From a virus (taxonomy: Duplodnaviria; Caudoviricetes), in the IMG/VR virus record IMGVR_UViG_3300050821_008548, positions 1,562 to 65,561 of that record: a stretch of 64,000 nucleotides of DNA; one strand, 5' to 3'. Under the pieces are notes generated by a model that searched no databases, was not told the DNA's origin, and worked only from the letters and a program-made list of their open reading frames with translations. Position numbers and translations under genes: made by a program. Positions 48,221 through 56,332 of the stretch are shown piece by piece. Positions within the stretch are counted from its first letter, which is position 1. Each line of letters begins with the position of its first letter.

Positions 48221-49023
48221 GCTTCTCCAGGGGCCTGCACCGGTCGCCGCCTGAGAAGGTTGCGCACCGGCTCGGGGCGCATCTGTTGGGCCTCGGCGCC
48301 GTTCCCAAGGGGGCGGCGAGTCTGACCCCGTGTCAACGGATGGACCAAGGCCAGAGCTCCACCTGCCATGCCCACAGCGCCGCTGGGGCCGTCTGGACGG
48401 CCTGCAACGCGAAGGGTCGGCCGATGACCTTCGTCCCCTCCCCGAGGGAGATTGCGTCTACGACATACGCGGACGTCCGGGCTGCGGCGACGCCACCGGG
48501 GCAGCCGCTGCCGCCTCTGCAGGACCAGGGGGCCGACCTGCAGGACGACGCCACGGCGATGGCCAAGTGGGGCGTCTGCCCCATGGGCGCGACCGTTGGG
48601 CGCTTCAGCGACGTCCCAGACGACAACGGCTACGGCTTCCCTGAGCCAGTCGTCTCAGAGCTCCAGATTGCGGGGCAGGACCTGATCGGCGGCGAGTATC
48701 AGATTCCCGTCGACGACAGCGCCCCGACAACCGTAGCCCTCTGCCTGGACGCAGGGATCCCCATCTGGCTCGGAACTTTCGTCGGGTCGGCATTCGAGAA
48801 CCTCGGCGCGACGGGCATCGCCCAGCCGCCCGACGAGAGCGACCCGAAGGGCGGCGGCCATGCGATGTACATTTCGGGCTACCGGACCGCGGCCGACGGC
48901 TCGTTCGAGTTTCGCGTCGAGAACTCCTGGGGCTCTGGCTGGGCCGACGGCGGCGCCGTGTGGGCCTCCTCGGCGTGGCTGAAGGCTTGTTGGAGTTTGT
49001 GGCCCATGGCGGTGTGCCCGTGA
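48217..49023 (+). CDS. Papain-like (peptidase C1) cysteine protease
   Basis: DQGQSSTC (oxyanion Q and catalytic C), GGHAM, ENSWG..W...G..W. Confidence 0.88.
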   Translation: MSFSRGLHRSPPEKVAHRLGAHLLGLGAVPKGAASLTPCQRMDQGQSSTCHAHSAAGAVWTACNAKGRPMTFVPSPREIASTTYADVRAAATPPGQPLPPLQDQGADLQDDATAMAKWGVCPMGATVGRFSDVPDDNGYGFPEPVVSELQIAGQDLIGGEYQIPVDDSAPTTVALCLDAGIPIWLGTFVGSAFENLGATGIAQPPDESDPKGGGHAMYISGYRTAADGSFEFRVENSWGSGWADGGAVWASSAWLKACWSLWPMAVCP

Positions 49024-49226
49024 TCCGCCTCCGCTGGCTCCTGCTCGCCATTCTCGCCGGATGCGAGGGCGCGGCCGCCTGCAAGCCGCCACTGCCGGGC
49101 CCCGTCGCGCCCGACGCCACACCGGATGGCGGATGTCAGGTCGACGACGCAATCACGAAAGCACGGCTGATTCGCAACCCGGACGGGACGCCGCTGGTCA
49201 TCCACTGCGATGCGGGTGCCCCATGA
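49020..49226 (+). CDS. Small lipoprotein
   Basis: MIRLRWLLLAILAGC lipobox. Confidence 0.6.
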   Translation: MIRLRWLLLAILAGCEGAAACKPPLPGPVAPDATPDGGCQVDDAITKARLIRNPDGTPLVIHCDAGAP

Positions 49227-49447
49227 GGTGGCTGCTGCTCCTACTGGCCGGCTGCACCGTTGGCCCCTTCTACCCACCGCACCCCAAGGCGTGCCACGCG
49301 GACCCGGATTGCCCGGATCACAGCGCGTGCCGGTTCCCCTGCCGCATGCCGGACCTCCACGGTACCCAGTGCGCGCCCGTCTGCATGCCCAGCCGCGAGT
49401 CCGACGTGTACGGCTGGAGCCCAACGCCCGGTCCGTCTGGCGAGTGA
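49223..49447 (+). CDS. Small Cys-rich lipoprotein
   Basis: MRWLLLLLAGC lipobox; C..D.DC....C. Confidence 0.6.
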   Translation: MRWLLLLLAGCTVGPFYPPHPKACHADPDCPDHSACRFPCRMPDLHGTQCAPVCMPSRESDVYGWSPTPGPSGE

Positions 49448-49608
49448 TCCGCGCGGCCGTCGCCTGGATGGCCGCCGTCGCCTTCGCGTCGACCCTGACG
49501 GTCCGCGCGCCCAAGCCGCCCCCTCTCCCACCTGACGCCCCACCGGCGTCAGCGCCATCGGGAGACGTGTGCCCGGCGTTCTACGACCCGTGCGAGGCGG
49601 ACGCGTGA
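49444..49608 (+). CDS. Small exported Pro-rich peptide
   Basis: Signal-like N-terminus; GTGA coupled. Confidence 0.45.
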   Translation: MIRAAVAWMAAVAFASTLTVRAPKPPPLPPDAPPASAPSGDVCPAFYDPCEADA

Positions 49609-49611
49609 CCC

Positions 49612-49707
49612 ATGATCCGGCAGCACCCGTGGGCCATCGCGGTGATTCTGATCTGCATGGCGATTCTCGTATTCATCATTGCTTTTTCGGAGACCGAGGA
49701 TGGTTGA
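49612..49707 (+). CDS. 31-aa single-TM peptide
   Basis: MIRQHPWAIAVILICMAILVFIIAFSETEDG. Confidence 0.4.
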   Translation: MIRQHPWAIAVILICMAILVFIIAFSETEDG

Positions 49708-49812
49708 TCGAATCGCTGTTGCGGTCTTCAGGTACGCCGTGGTGCTCCTCTGCACGACGGCCTTCGGCGTCTTCGTGCTCAACGCATGGCTTTCGGCCGG
49801 GCGTGAGCGCTC

Positions 49813-49998
49813 TTGACCGCGCCCACAGCGACAGAGCGTCGCGTCCTGCTCCTCGCGGAGCGTTGGGTGTACGCGCGCGTCCATCAGCTCCCGAGAAAAA
49901 CTCTCTTAGACGCTGAGCGCGCGCTGGCGATCGCCGTCGAGCGCATGCAGGCCGAGCGTACTTCGCTCGCGGGGGCTGTCGATCGCGCCGCGGAGTAG
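49813..49998 (+). CDS. Hypothetical protein
   Basis: Helical 61-aa ORF in operon orientation. Confidence 0.4.
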   Translation: MTAPTATERRVLLLAERWVYARVHQLPRKTLLDAERALAIAVERMQAERTSLAGAVDRAAE

Positions 49999-50028
49999 TC
50001 GCGCGCGGCCAAACGCAGGAGACCCAGC

Positions 50029-51303
50029 ATGAAGTTGCGCAGGTGGTCACCCGAGGAGGACGCGGCGCTAGAGCGCCTGTACCAGACGCTGTCGGTTCCT
50101 CGCGTCACGGTCGAACTCAACAAGCTGTTTCCACGGGCGTTCAGCGAGTCAGGGGTCACCGCTCGATTGTACGTCCTGCGTCACGGCTGGAAGCACAAGC
50201 ACCAGAAGCGGATCGAGTCGAGCGAGGCGGCGCAATCGGCTAGGGCCGCGGAGATCGCGATCCCGATCGAGTTCGAGGATGAGGCCGAGCCCGCGCCCGT
50301 TCCAACTGCGCCGCCATCGCGTCCAGCCGTCGAACCGGCTGCTAGCGTCGATCGGCTCATGGCCGCGATCAAGCGTGTCAAGTCCTTCGAGGCGCTCTGC
50401 GACTACCTCGACGTCTCTCCCAAGCGCCTGCGCGAGACGATCGCCGAAGCGCGCGCAGCGGGCTACGGGGTCGATCTCGCCGGCGACACCGTGGCCGTGC
50501 GCCCGGCGGAGCCATCATCAGACGTCACCGACATCTCGGTCGTCTCGCAGCCAGGCGAGCCGCGCATGTTCGCCGTGGCGTCCGACCTGCACTTCGGGAG
50601 CAAGTACCACCTCCGGTCCTACCTGCTCGACTTCATCGGCAACGCCTACGAGCGCGGCGTCCGGCTCATCCTGCTGCCTGGCGACAACCTCGACGGCTGC
50701 TACCGGCACGGCCGGTGGGAGCTCACACATCACGGCTTCAAGGACCAGGCCGATGACTTCCTGTCGGGGCTCCCGCGGCACAAGGGGCTTCGTTACATCG
50801 GAATCACGGGCAACCACGACGAGACCTTCGAGAAGGAGTCGGGGCTCGTCGTCCACTACGCGCTCAACGACATGGCGCGCGCCCGCGGGCGCAACGACTT
50901 CGAGCTTCTCGGGGCCCGGGGCGCGTACATCCGGCTGAAGGCCCCCGGCGAGCGTCGCGGCTGCGTGGTAGAGCTCTGGCATCCGCTCAAGGGCCCGGCG
51001 TACGCGCTGACGTACGGGATGCAGAAGCACGTCGAGGCGTATCCCGTAGGACGGAAGCCCGACATGCTCTTCACCGGGCACTGGCATCAGGCCTGCTACT
51101 TCGTGTCTCGCGGCGTGCACTGCTTCTCATCCGGTACCTTCCAGGGCGGGGGTTCGAGCTTCGGGAAGGCGTTGGGGGGCGCGCCGACGATCGGCGGCTG
51201 GGCGGTCAGGTACGCCCTGACAGGTGAGGGAACTGTCCGCGACGTCGATATCAACTTCCGCAGCTACTACGAGACCGAGACGCCGCGCGAAGTCGAACTC
51301 TGA
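50029..51303 (+). CDS. Calcineurin-like metallophosphoesterase with N-terminal HTH-like domains
   Basis: SDLHFG, GDNLDG, GNHD, late H, GHWH. Confidence 0.85.
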   Translation: MKLRRWSPEEDAALERLYQTLSVPRVTVELNKLFPRAFSESGVTARLYVLRHGWKHKHQKRIESSEAAQSARAAEIAIPIEFEDEAEPAPVPTAPPSRPAVEPAASVDRLMAAIKRVKSFEALCDYLDVSPKRLRETIAEARAAGYGVDLAGDTVAVRPAEPSSDVTDISVVSQPGEPRMFAVASDLHFGSKYHLRSYLLDFIGNAYERGVRLILLPGDNLDGCYRHGRWELTHHGFKDQADDFLSGLPRHKGLRYIGITGNHDETFEKESGLVVHYALNDMARARGRNDFELLGARGAYIRLKAPGERRGCVVELWHPLKGPAYALTYGMQKHVEAYPVGRKPDMLFTGHWHQACYFVSRGVHCFSSGTFQGGGSSFGKALGGAPTIGGWAVRYALTGEGTVRDVDINFRSYYETETPREVEL

Positions 51304-51533
51304 TGCTTCTGCGCGCGCTCATCGTCTTCGTCGCGGTAACCACGAGCGACGTCTGCTGGGTGCGCTGCGTGAGCCACGCCTCGGGAGGCCGTCGCTGGTC
51401 GGCCGCCTGCTGGTCGGTGGCGCTCTACGCCCTGACGGCGCTCTCGGTGGTCGCGTACGTCGGGGACCATCGGATGATAGCGCCCGCACTGCTCGGCGCG
51501 TTCGTGGGGACGGCTCTGGGGGTCAGGAAGTAG
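51303..51533 (+). CDS. Small membrane protein
   Basis: Three hydrophobic segments; GAFVGT. Confidence 0.6.
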   Translation: MLLRALIVFVAVTTSDVCWVRCVSHASGGRRWSAACWSVALYALTALSVVAYVGDHRMIAPALLGAFVGTALGVRK

Positions 51534-51545
51534 GAGGCGCGGCCC

Positions 51546-51776
51546 ATGCCGAACGAGTCCGACGTCACGATCGAGATCGCCAAGACCGTGGCGGCCCTGG
51601 GTCCCAACGAGCGGGAAGTGCTGCTCGTGCTCGCGCGGCGACTGTTCGTGGGGCAGCAGCGTTACGGCCTGCTCAACCCGAAGGACGGGCGTGACTGGCG
51701 AACGGAGCGCGCCTACGAGATCCAGGATCTCCTAATCTATTCAGCCATCGCGGAATTAGCGGCGGTGAGCAAGTGA
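51546..51776 (+). CDS. Possible all-alpha NTP pyrophosphohydrolase-like protein
   Basis: RL..G..RYG...RDW..E...E..D...Y pattern; AGGAGG upstream. Confidence 0.45.
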   Translation: MPNESDVTIEIAKTVAALGPNEREVLLVLARRLFVGQQRYGLLNPKDGRDWRTERAYEIQDLLIYSAIAELAAVSK

Positions 51777-52228
51777 CCACGCTCGCGTGGGACGGCGCCA
51801 CCCTCGCCGCCGACCGGCGCATGGACACCGGCAACGGATTCACCGCCTGCAGCAAGATCCACAAGTGCGGCCGCTTCTGGTACGGCGACGCCGGCGGCGC
51901 GGCCGACGCCGAGATGTGCAAGGAGTGGCTGTCCGGTGGCGCGAAGCCCGACGAGCGCCCCGAGCTATCCGCTCCCGGTCAGCACGGCCTCGCGGTGGAG
52001 GCGCGGACGGGCCATCTATTCATCGTCGAGGGCGCCCGCCCGACGCTCGTGCGCGTGATGGATCCGCAATTCGCCGTGGGCTCCGGCGGCGACTTCGCCC
52101 GAGCTGCCATGGCGTTCGGCAAGACCGCCGTGGAGGCTGTGGAGTTCGCCGCCAAGTTCGACTCGAACACGGGCAACGGCACCGAGCACGTTGTCATTCG
52201 CAAGCGCCCGGGGGCGAAGCGCAAGTGA
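51773..52228 (+). CDS. HslV/proteasome-beta-like Ntn hydrolase
   Basis: N-terminal M-T-T, LAADRR, KI, AVGSGG..A.AAM...A..AV..A..FD..TG. Confidence 0.8.
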   Translation: MTTLAWDGATLAADRRMDTGNGFTACSKIHKCGRFWYGDAGGAADAEMCKEWLSGGAKPDERPELSAPGQHGLAVEARTGHLFIVEGARPTLVRVMDPQFAVGSGGDFARAAMAFGKTAVEAVEFAAKFDSNTGNGTEHVVIRKRPGAKRK

Positions 52229-52524
52229 GCCGCCACGTCCTGAATTTCGCGGCAGAGCTAACGCTGGCTAACACCTTTTTCCTCCTGACCGACGGCCGCA
52301 CCATCCGCGCGTCGATCAAAGAAGCCGAGTCCGTTCGCCACACCGTCGAGTTCCCGGTGCGATTCCGCAAGCCGTATGCCGGGGGGCTGCACATCCGGCC
52401 GCTGGACTCCGAACTCGCCACGTGGTTCGTGGAGTCGGCCGTCATCCACCGAGACCTGGCGCGGCTCGAGCTTCAACTGGCGAACGTACCCGCCCACGTA
52501 AGCTGGGCGTTTTTGGAAATCTAG
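52225..52524 (+). CDS. Hypothetical protein
   Basis: GTGA coupled. Confidence 0.5.
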   Translation: MSRHVLNFAAELTLANTFFLLTDGRTIRASIKEAESVRHTVEFPVRFRKPYAGGLHIRPLDSELATWFVESAVIHRDLARLELQLANVPAHVSWAFLEI

Positions 52525-52526
52525 CA

Positions 52527-52784
52527 ATGGCCAACACCCCGCAGCCGAGACGGTACGAGTCTGCCGACACCGTGCCGATGATGAAAGAGGAGATCGCGGC
52601 GGCCCTCGCCGGTCTGCACGAGTTGCGGTGTCCCGCGTGCGCGCCGACGTGGGACAAGCCGGCGTGTGCCTGCTGCAACTCCACGCGGTTTGTGTCACGT
52701 GGAACCTTCGCAGCCTGGCACCAGCGCGAGCAGGGCCGCGTCAGCGAGACGCGGCTGGACTCGTACGACAACGGTGAGGGTTGA
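52527..52784 (+). CDS. Cys-rich hypothetical protein
   Basis: CPAC...CACC. Confidence 0.5.
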   Translation: MANTPQPRRYESADTVPMMKEEIAAALAGLHELRCPACAPTWDKPACACCNSTRFVSRGTFAAWHQREQGRVSETRLDSYDNGEG

Positions 52785-53569
52785 TGCTCCGAGGTATTGA
52801 CGTCTCTTCGATCCAGCGCGACGTGCCCTGGGAGAAGGTCGCCGCCGCCGGCTGCAGCTTCGCGATCGTCAAGGGCGCCTCGGGCAACGCCCCCGGCCCC
52901 GATCCGATGTTCGCCAAGAACGTCGCCGGCGCCCAGGCCGCTGGCCTCATCGTGGGCGCCTACCACGTGGCGTTCCCCCTGCCGCCGGACACCACGAAGG
53001 CCAACCGGGACCCGGCCGACCAGGCCAAGTACCACTTCGACCTGTGCAGGGGTTTCGGCTCTCACGACGGGGAGCTCGGCCCGATGCTGGACTGTGAGTG
53101 GCCCGAGCCCGCCGACTGGAACCGGTGGGGCTGCAGCGCGCCACAGATCCGCGCGTGGCTTCTGGCCTACCTCGACGCCGCGACCACGCTGTGGGGCCGT
53201 CTGCCGACGGTGTACACCTATCCCGATTGGGCGACCCACGTCGGCCTGGCCAGCGAGCCCGCGTTCGCCAAGTACCCGCTCTGGGCGGCCTCGTATACGC
53301 ACCCGGACAGGTGGCCTGGGGCTGGGGAGGCCCCGGCGTCGATCGCCCCGTGGGGAGGCTCCTGGCGCTTCTGGCAGTCGTCCGGCGGCACGCAGTCACT
53401 CTGGAGCGGCGTCCCGGTCGACTGCGATGTCTTCAACGGGACGCTCGAGGAGCTACACGCGCTCACCGTTGGGAGCGGCACCGCTGCCCTCGCCCAAGCC
53501 GCCATCCTCCAGGCCGCCGACGAGATCCCAGTGATCCCGCCGCCCGAGCCGCCAGACGAAGTGGCTTAG
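52784..53569 (+). CDS. GH25 muramidase (endolysin)
   Basis: GIDVS, FAIVK, GAYH, LDCE, VYTY, LWAASY, FWQ, VDCDVFNG. Confidence 0.93.
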   Translation: MLRGIDVSSIQRDVPWEKVAAAGCSFAIVKGASGNAPGPDPMFAKNVAGAQAAGLIVGAYHVAFPLPPDTTKANRDPADQAKYHFDLCRGFGSHDGELGPMLDCEWPEPADWNRWGCSAPQIRAWLLAYLDAATTLWGRLPTVYTYPDWATHVGLASEPAFAKYPLWAASYTHPDRWPGAGEAPASIAPWGGSWRFWQSSGGTQSLWSGVPVDCDVFNGTLEELHALTVGSGTAALAQAAILQAADEIPVIPPPEPPDEVA

Positions 53570-53645
53570 GCCCCCACAGCACTTCCTTCGCCCCCGACTC
53601 GTCGCGCGACCTCCTGCGCTGCGGCGTTTCGGGGGCACCTCTACC

Positions 53646-53676
53646 GCCCTGGTGGCTTCGGCCGCCGGGGCTTTTT
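53646..53676 (+). terminator. Rho-independent terminator ending the late operon
   Basis: GCCCTGGTGGC-TTCG-GCCGCCGGGGC followed by TTTTT. Confidence 0.8.
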
Positions 53677-53726
53677 CTCGTCCGGGGACGCCTAGCCATA
53701 GCGCCTCGCGCGCAGTGGGGCGCGGC

Positions 53727-53918
53727 CTAACCGACCTCAATCTCCTTGAAGCACGCACATCTCGGCGGACCCTTGTGGAGGTCGGAGTACAGGCCGCACT
53801 TGGCACAGTACCCGACCAGCCACCCACGAAGCCGACGGACGACGTAACGCACCTCGTCCGGAGTCGACCCGCATAGCTTGTCCTCAAGCGCCGCCTCCCA
53901 TCTCTCTTGCTCCGGCAT
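53727..53918 (-). CDS. Hypothetical protein
   Basis: AAGGAG upstream; CAKC...H...CAC. Confidence 0.6.
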   Translation of the reverse strand: MPEQERWEAALEDKLCGSTPDEVRYVVRRLRGWLVGYCAKCGLYSDLHKGPPRCACFKEIEVG

Positions 53919-53964
53919 CGAGGTCTCCTTTCAGATGGCGCGCAGTGTGGCGCGGGGGCCTTGT

Positions 53965-54273
53965 CTACGTGTTCTTGAATCCTGGGAGGAACCGCACTCC
54001 CACGGTCGCTATCACTGCAGGTCGCCAAACGGCGCCGCACGACTGACAGGCGTGCGTGTGGTGCGGCTTCGTGGCGAACTCGCCTTCGTCTACGTGAAGC
54101 TCGCCGCACGCGGGACATTCGAGCCGGATGGGGACCGGCTCCGACACCTCCCATGAACCCCGATGCATCTGGAGAGCGGCGAGACACACCGGGCATATCT
54201 CCGGGTGACCCTCGCCGCCCTTCGGTATCGGCCTCCCGCATCCAGGGGTATCGCACGTCGGTCGCTTGCTCAT
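53965..54273 (-). CDS. Zinc-finger protein (start uncertain)
   Basis: CDTPGC...CPVC; CPACGELHVDEGEFATKPHHTHACQSCG. Confidence 0.6.
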   Translation of the reverse strand: MSKRPTCDTPGCGRPIPKGGEGHPEICPVCLAALQMHRGSWEVSEPVPIRLECPACGELHVDEGEFATKPHHTHACQSCGAVWRPAVIATVGVRFLPGFKNT

Positions 54274-54412
54274 CGGTCCCTTCTTGCCCTCACTGAGGAT
54301 CTCCTTCGTTCGTCCGAACATCGCGCGCAGTGCAGTCACGGGAATGTGCTGCCTTCCCACCCACCGTCGGGCATGACGGCAATGGCCTTCCGGCCCTTCT
54401 GCGGCAGCAGGG

Positions 54413-54673
54413 TTACTTGGTACATCTTGAACACGTGCACACGCACGTGCCGCCTTCCTGTAGAAGTCTGCACCCTCGGCCGAACTGGCGGCAGTGCCGC
54501 TGACCCGTAGACCATTCGGCGAAGGTCTCTCCCTTCACCATAGCTTCTGTCGCAGAGGACCGGAGCAAAAGGGCGCCAGTGGGGCAAAGGTCGAACGGGT
54601 GATCCGCGCACTGCTCGCAGACGCCGAGATGCGCGTGGAACGTATCTCCGAACTTGTTTGGCTCCGTCCCCAT
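54413..54673 (-). CDS. Cys/His-rich hypothetical protein
   Basis: FHAHLGVCEQC...LCPTG; GGAGG upstream. Confidence 0.6.
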   Translation of the reverse strand: MGTEPNKFGDTFHAHLGVCEQCADHPFDLCPTGALLLRSSATEAMVKGETFAEWSTGQRHCRQFGRGCRLLQEGGTCVCTCSRCTK

Positions 54674-54699
54674 CGTCTCATCCTCCTTCGCGCGCAGTG

Positions 54700-54981
54700 T
54701 TATGCGGCGATCTTCTCTACAGTGACCGTCCTCTTCTCCACCTTCGCCTCGGTGTCGCGGGTTGCGCGTGCTGCCACCGACGCGCCCCACTCCGTATCCC
54801 ACCGCGAGGCATTCTCCGGCTCCGGCACCCACGTAATCATCTCTGGGTTCGGTCCGCAGTACGGACCATCACTGATGACCGGGTACCGCACGCCGACCAG
54901 ATAGTCCTTGTGCGTGTGGATCTGACCGTGTGACTGCCACTTGAAGTTTCGCGTCACGAAGTACCATGTTTCTGTTTGCAT
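54700..54981 (-). CDS. Hypothetical protein
   Basis: AGGAGG upstream. Confidence 0.6.
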   Translation of the reverse strand: MQTETWYFVTRNFKWQSHGQIHTHKDYLVGVRYPVISDGPYCGPNPEMITWVPEPENASRWDTEWGASVAARATRDTEAKVEKRTVTVEKIAA

Positions 54982-55010
54982 CGTCCGTTCCTCCTGAACA
55001 TTCGCGCGCA

Positions 55011-55193
55011 TTATGCTGAATCCGGCTTCCGTGTGGCATAGCCCGTGCGTGGCCTCGGCATCTCGGTCTCGCGCACGAGCTTTTCGACCATGCCGCTGCG
55101 GGTCTCGCCGCACCGCGTTGCCATCTCGTCCAGGCGCGCGATGGCGTCGGGCGAGAGGGAGATGTGGACGAGTGGGCGCCTACGCTTCGTCAT
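55011..55193 (-). CDS. Ribbon-helix-helix (CopG-like) regulator
   Basis: VHISLSPDAIARLDEMATRCGETRSGMVEKLV. Confidence 0.75.
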   Translation of the reverse strand: MTKRRRPLVHISLSPDAIARLDEMATRCGETRSGMVEKLVRETEMPRPRTGYATRKPDSA

Positions 55194-55434
55194 CGTCCTC
55201 GGGCTCCGGGCGCACGTTGTCGCCCGTCGGGTCGTAGAAGCAGTGCCAACCCTTGCCAGGGCAAGGCGCATCACATTCCCCCTCGCACTCGCGCACTTCG
55301 CCGATGATGGCACCGTGGTCGCTGCGAAGAGTGGCGCTCGCCCGCAGGCGCATCATCCGGGTGCCGAGCTCCGCGGCCGTCCCTTGCAGGACGACCCCGG
55401 CTCCGCGCTTGGTCATGTAGGCGAGCTGGCTCAT
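55180..55434 (-). CDS. Hypothetical protein
   Basis: ATGA coupled; CEGECDAPC. Confidence 0.55.
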   Translation of the reverse strand: MSQLAYMTKRGAGVVLQGTAAELGTRMMRLRASATLRSDHGAIIGEVRECEGECDAPCPGKGWHCFYDPTGDNVRPEPEDDDEA

Positions 55435-55703
55435 CGACGGGTACCGCTGGGCGCGAGGATCTTCTGCGGCAGGGGGTATTCCATGTCGTCCTCATCCATG
55501 CGCACGAGAGCCGTATCCGGCCCATCGATGGCAGATACCGTCCCTCGCTCCCCGGCCAGAAACGACTCCATGTCGCGGCCCCTGGTGTAGCTCCTTGTCA
55601 GGTGTACGCGCATTCCGATCTTGAGGATCGGTCGAGGCCACGAACCTCCGCACGTGCACGGGGTTTCGACGCAGTCGGTATGGTGCAGGCTTGAATTGCT
55701 CAT
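55431..55703 (-). CDS. Hypothetical protein with SH3/KOW-like C-terminus (probably leaderless)
   Basis: LKIGMRV...GERGTV...ALVRMD. Confidence 0.55.
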   Translation of the reverse strand: MSNSSLHHTDCVETPCTCGGSWPRPILKIGMRVHLTRSYTRGRDMESFLAGERGTVSAIDGPDTALVRMDEDDMEYPLPQKILAPSGTRR

Positions 55704-55709
55704 ACCTGT

Positions 55710-55738
55710 ACTGTAGCCGCAGTGTAGCCACACGTCAA
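55710..55738 (-). promoter_or_regulatory. Sigma70-type promoter with GGCTACA direct-repeat operator
   Basis: TTGACG-N17-TACAGT with 6 nt to ATG 55703; GGCTACA twice, 11 bp apart. Confidence 0.7.
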
Positions 55739-55787
55739 GTGCGTCATGGTCGATTCTTGGGGCCGGAATGGCTGCACGTGGCGCGCA

Positions 55788-55964
55788 TTATGCAGAATCC
55801 TTCGCCCTGCGTTCCTCGCTCCGGTAGTCGTGCTTCGACCCGAAGCAGATCGGGCACTCTAGCGGCGGCAGCCCACCGCAACGCACTAATCCGTCATCCT
55901 CGCAGTAGGTGCAAAGCGCCCACGTATGCTTGCCATCCTTTGAGGTTCCGCTGAGGGCGCGCAT
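55788..55964 (-). CDS. Small zinc-finger protein
   Basis: CTYC...CPIC; TAATG coupled. Confidence 0.55.
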   Translation of the reverse strand: MRALSGTSKDGKHTWALCTYCEDDGLVRCGGLPPLECPICFGSKHDYRSEERRAKDSA

Positions 55965-56332
55965 TATCGCCTCCCCGCCTCCCGACGCGGATCGAGTCTC
56001 GCCAGCAGCTCGTCCGCTTCCCTGCTCGTGTGGATCCGCGTCAGGTTCCGCAGCGCCGCGAGCAGGTCGTCGCGGTCGGTCACTACGCGATGGGCGGCCT
56101 CGTACGCGGTCTCTTCGCCAGCACGAAGCGTCTTGCAGACGTCGTCGAGCTCCTTGTCGAGGTCCGCGGCTCGGGCCAGCGAAGCTTCGTGGATGTCGGA
56201 TCGCACGTACGTCGGTCCCTCCGGGTTGAGCAGTCGACCGGTCGCCCATGCGGACTTGAATCGCCATTGGTCACGTTCGTAGACGATCTCCACACCTTCG
56301 GGCGGCGCCATCTTCCGCAGATCAGCGGTCAT
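55964..56332 (-). CDS. Hypothetical protein
   Basis: YVRSD motif; ATGA coupled. Confidence 0.55.
   Translation of the reverse strand: MTADLRKMAPPEGVEIVYERDQWRFKSAWATGRLLNPEGPTYVRSDIHEASLARAADLDKELDDVCKTLRAGEETAYEAAHRVVTDRDDLLAALRNLTRIHTSREADELLARLDPRREAGRR

Larger units (their letters stand above)
53708..55967 (-). repeat. Dispersed 10-bp gene-junction motif, 7 copies
   Basis: + strand GCGCGCAGTG at 53708, 53938, 54323, 54690 and GCGCGCATTA at 55004, 55781, 55957. Confidence 0.85.

Noticed and set aside
53708-55967. Classical integron with attC sites
   Set aside because: No GTTRRRY/RYYYAAC boxes or long imperfect palindromes, and Int shows no obvious IntI-specific insertion; kept as a separate non-integron finding
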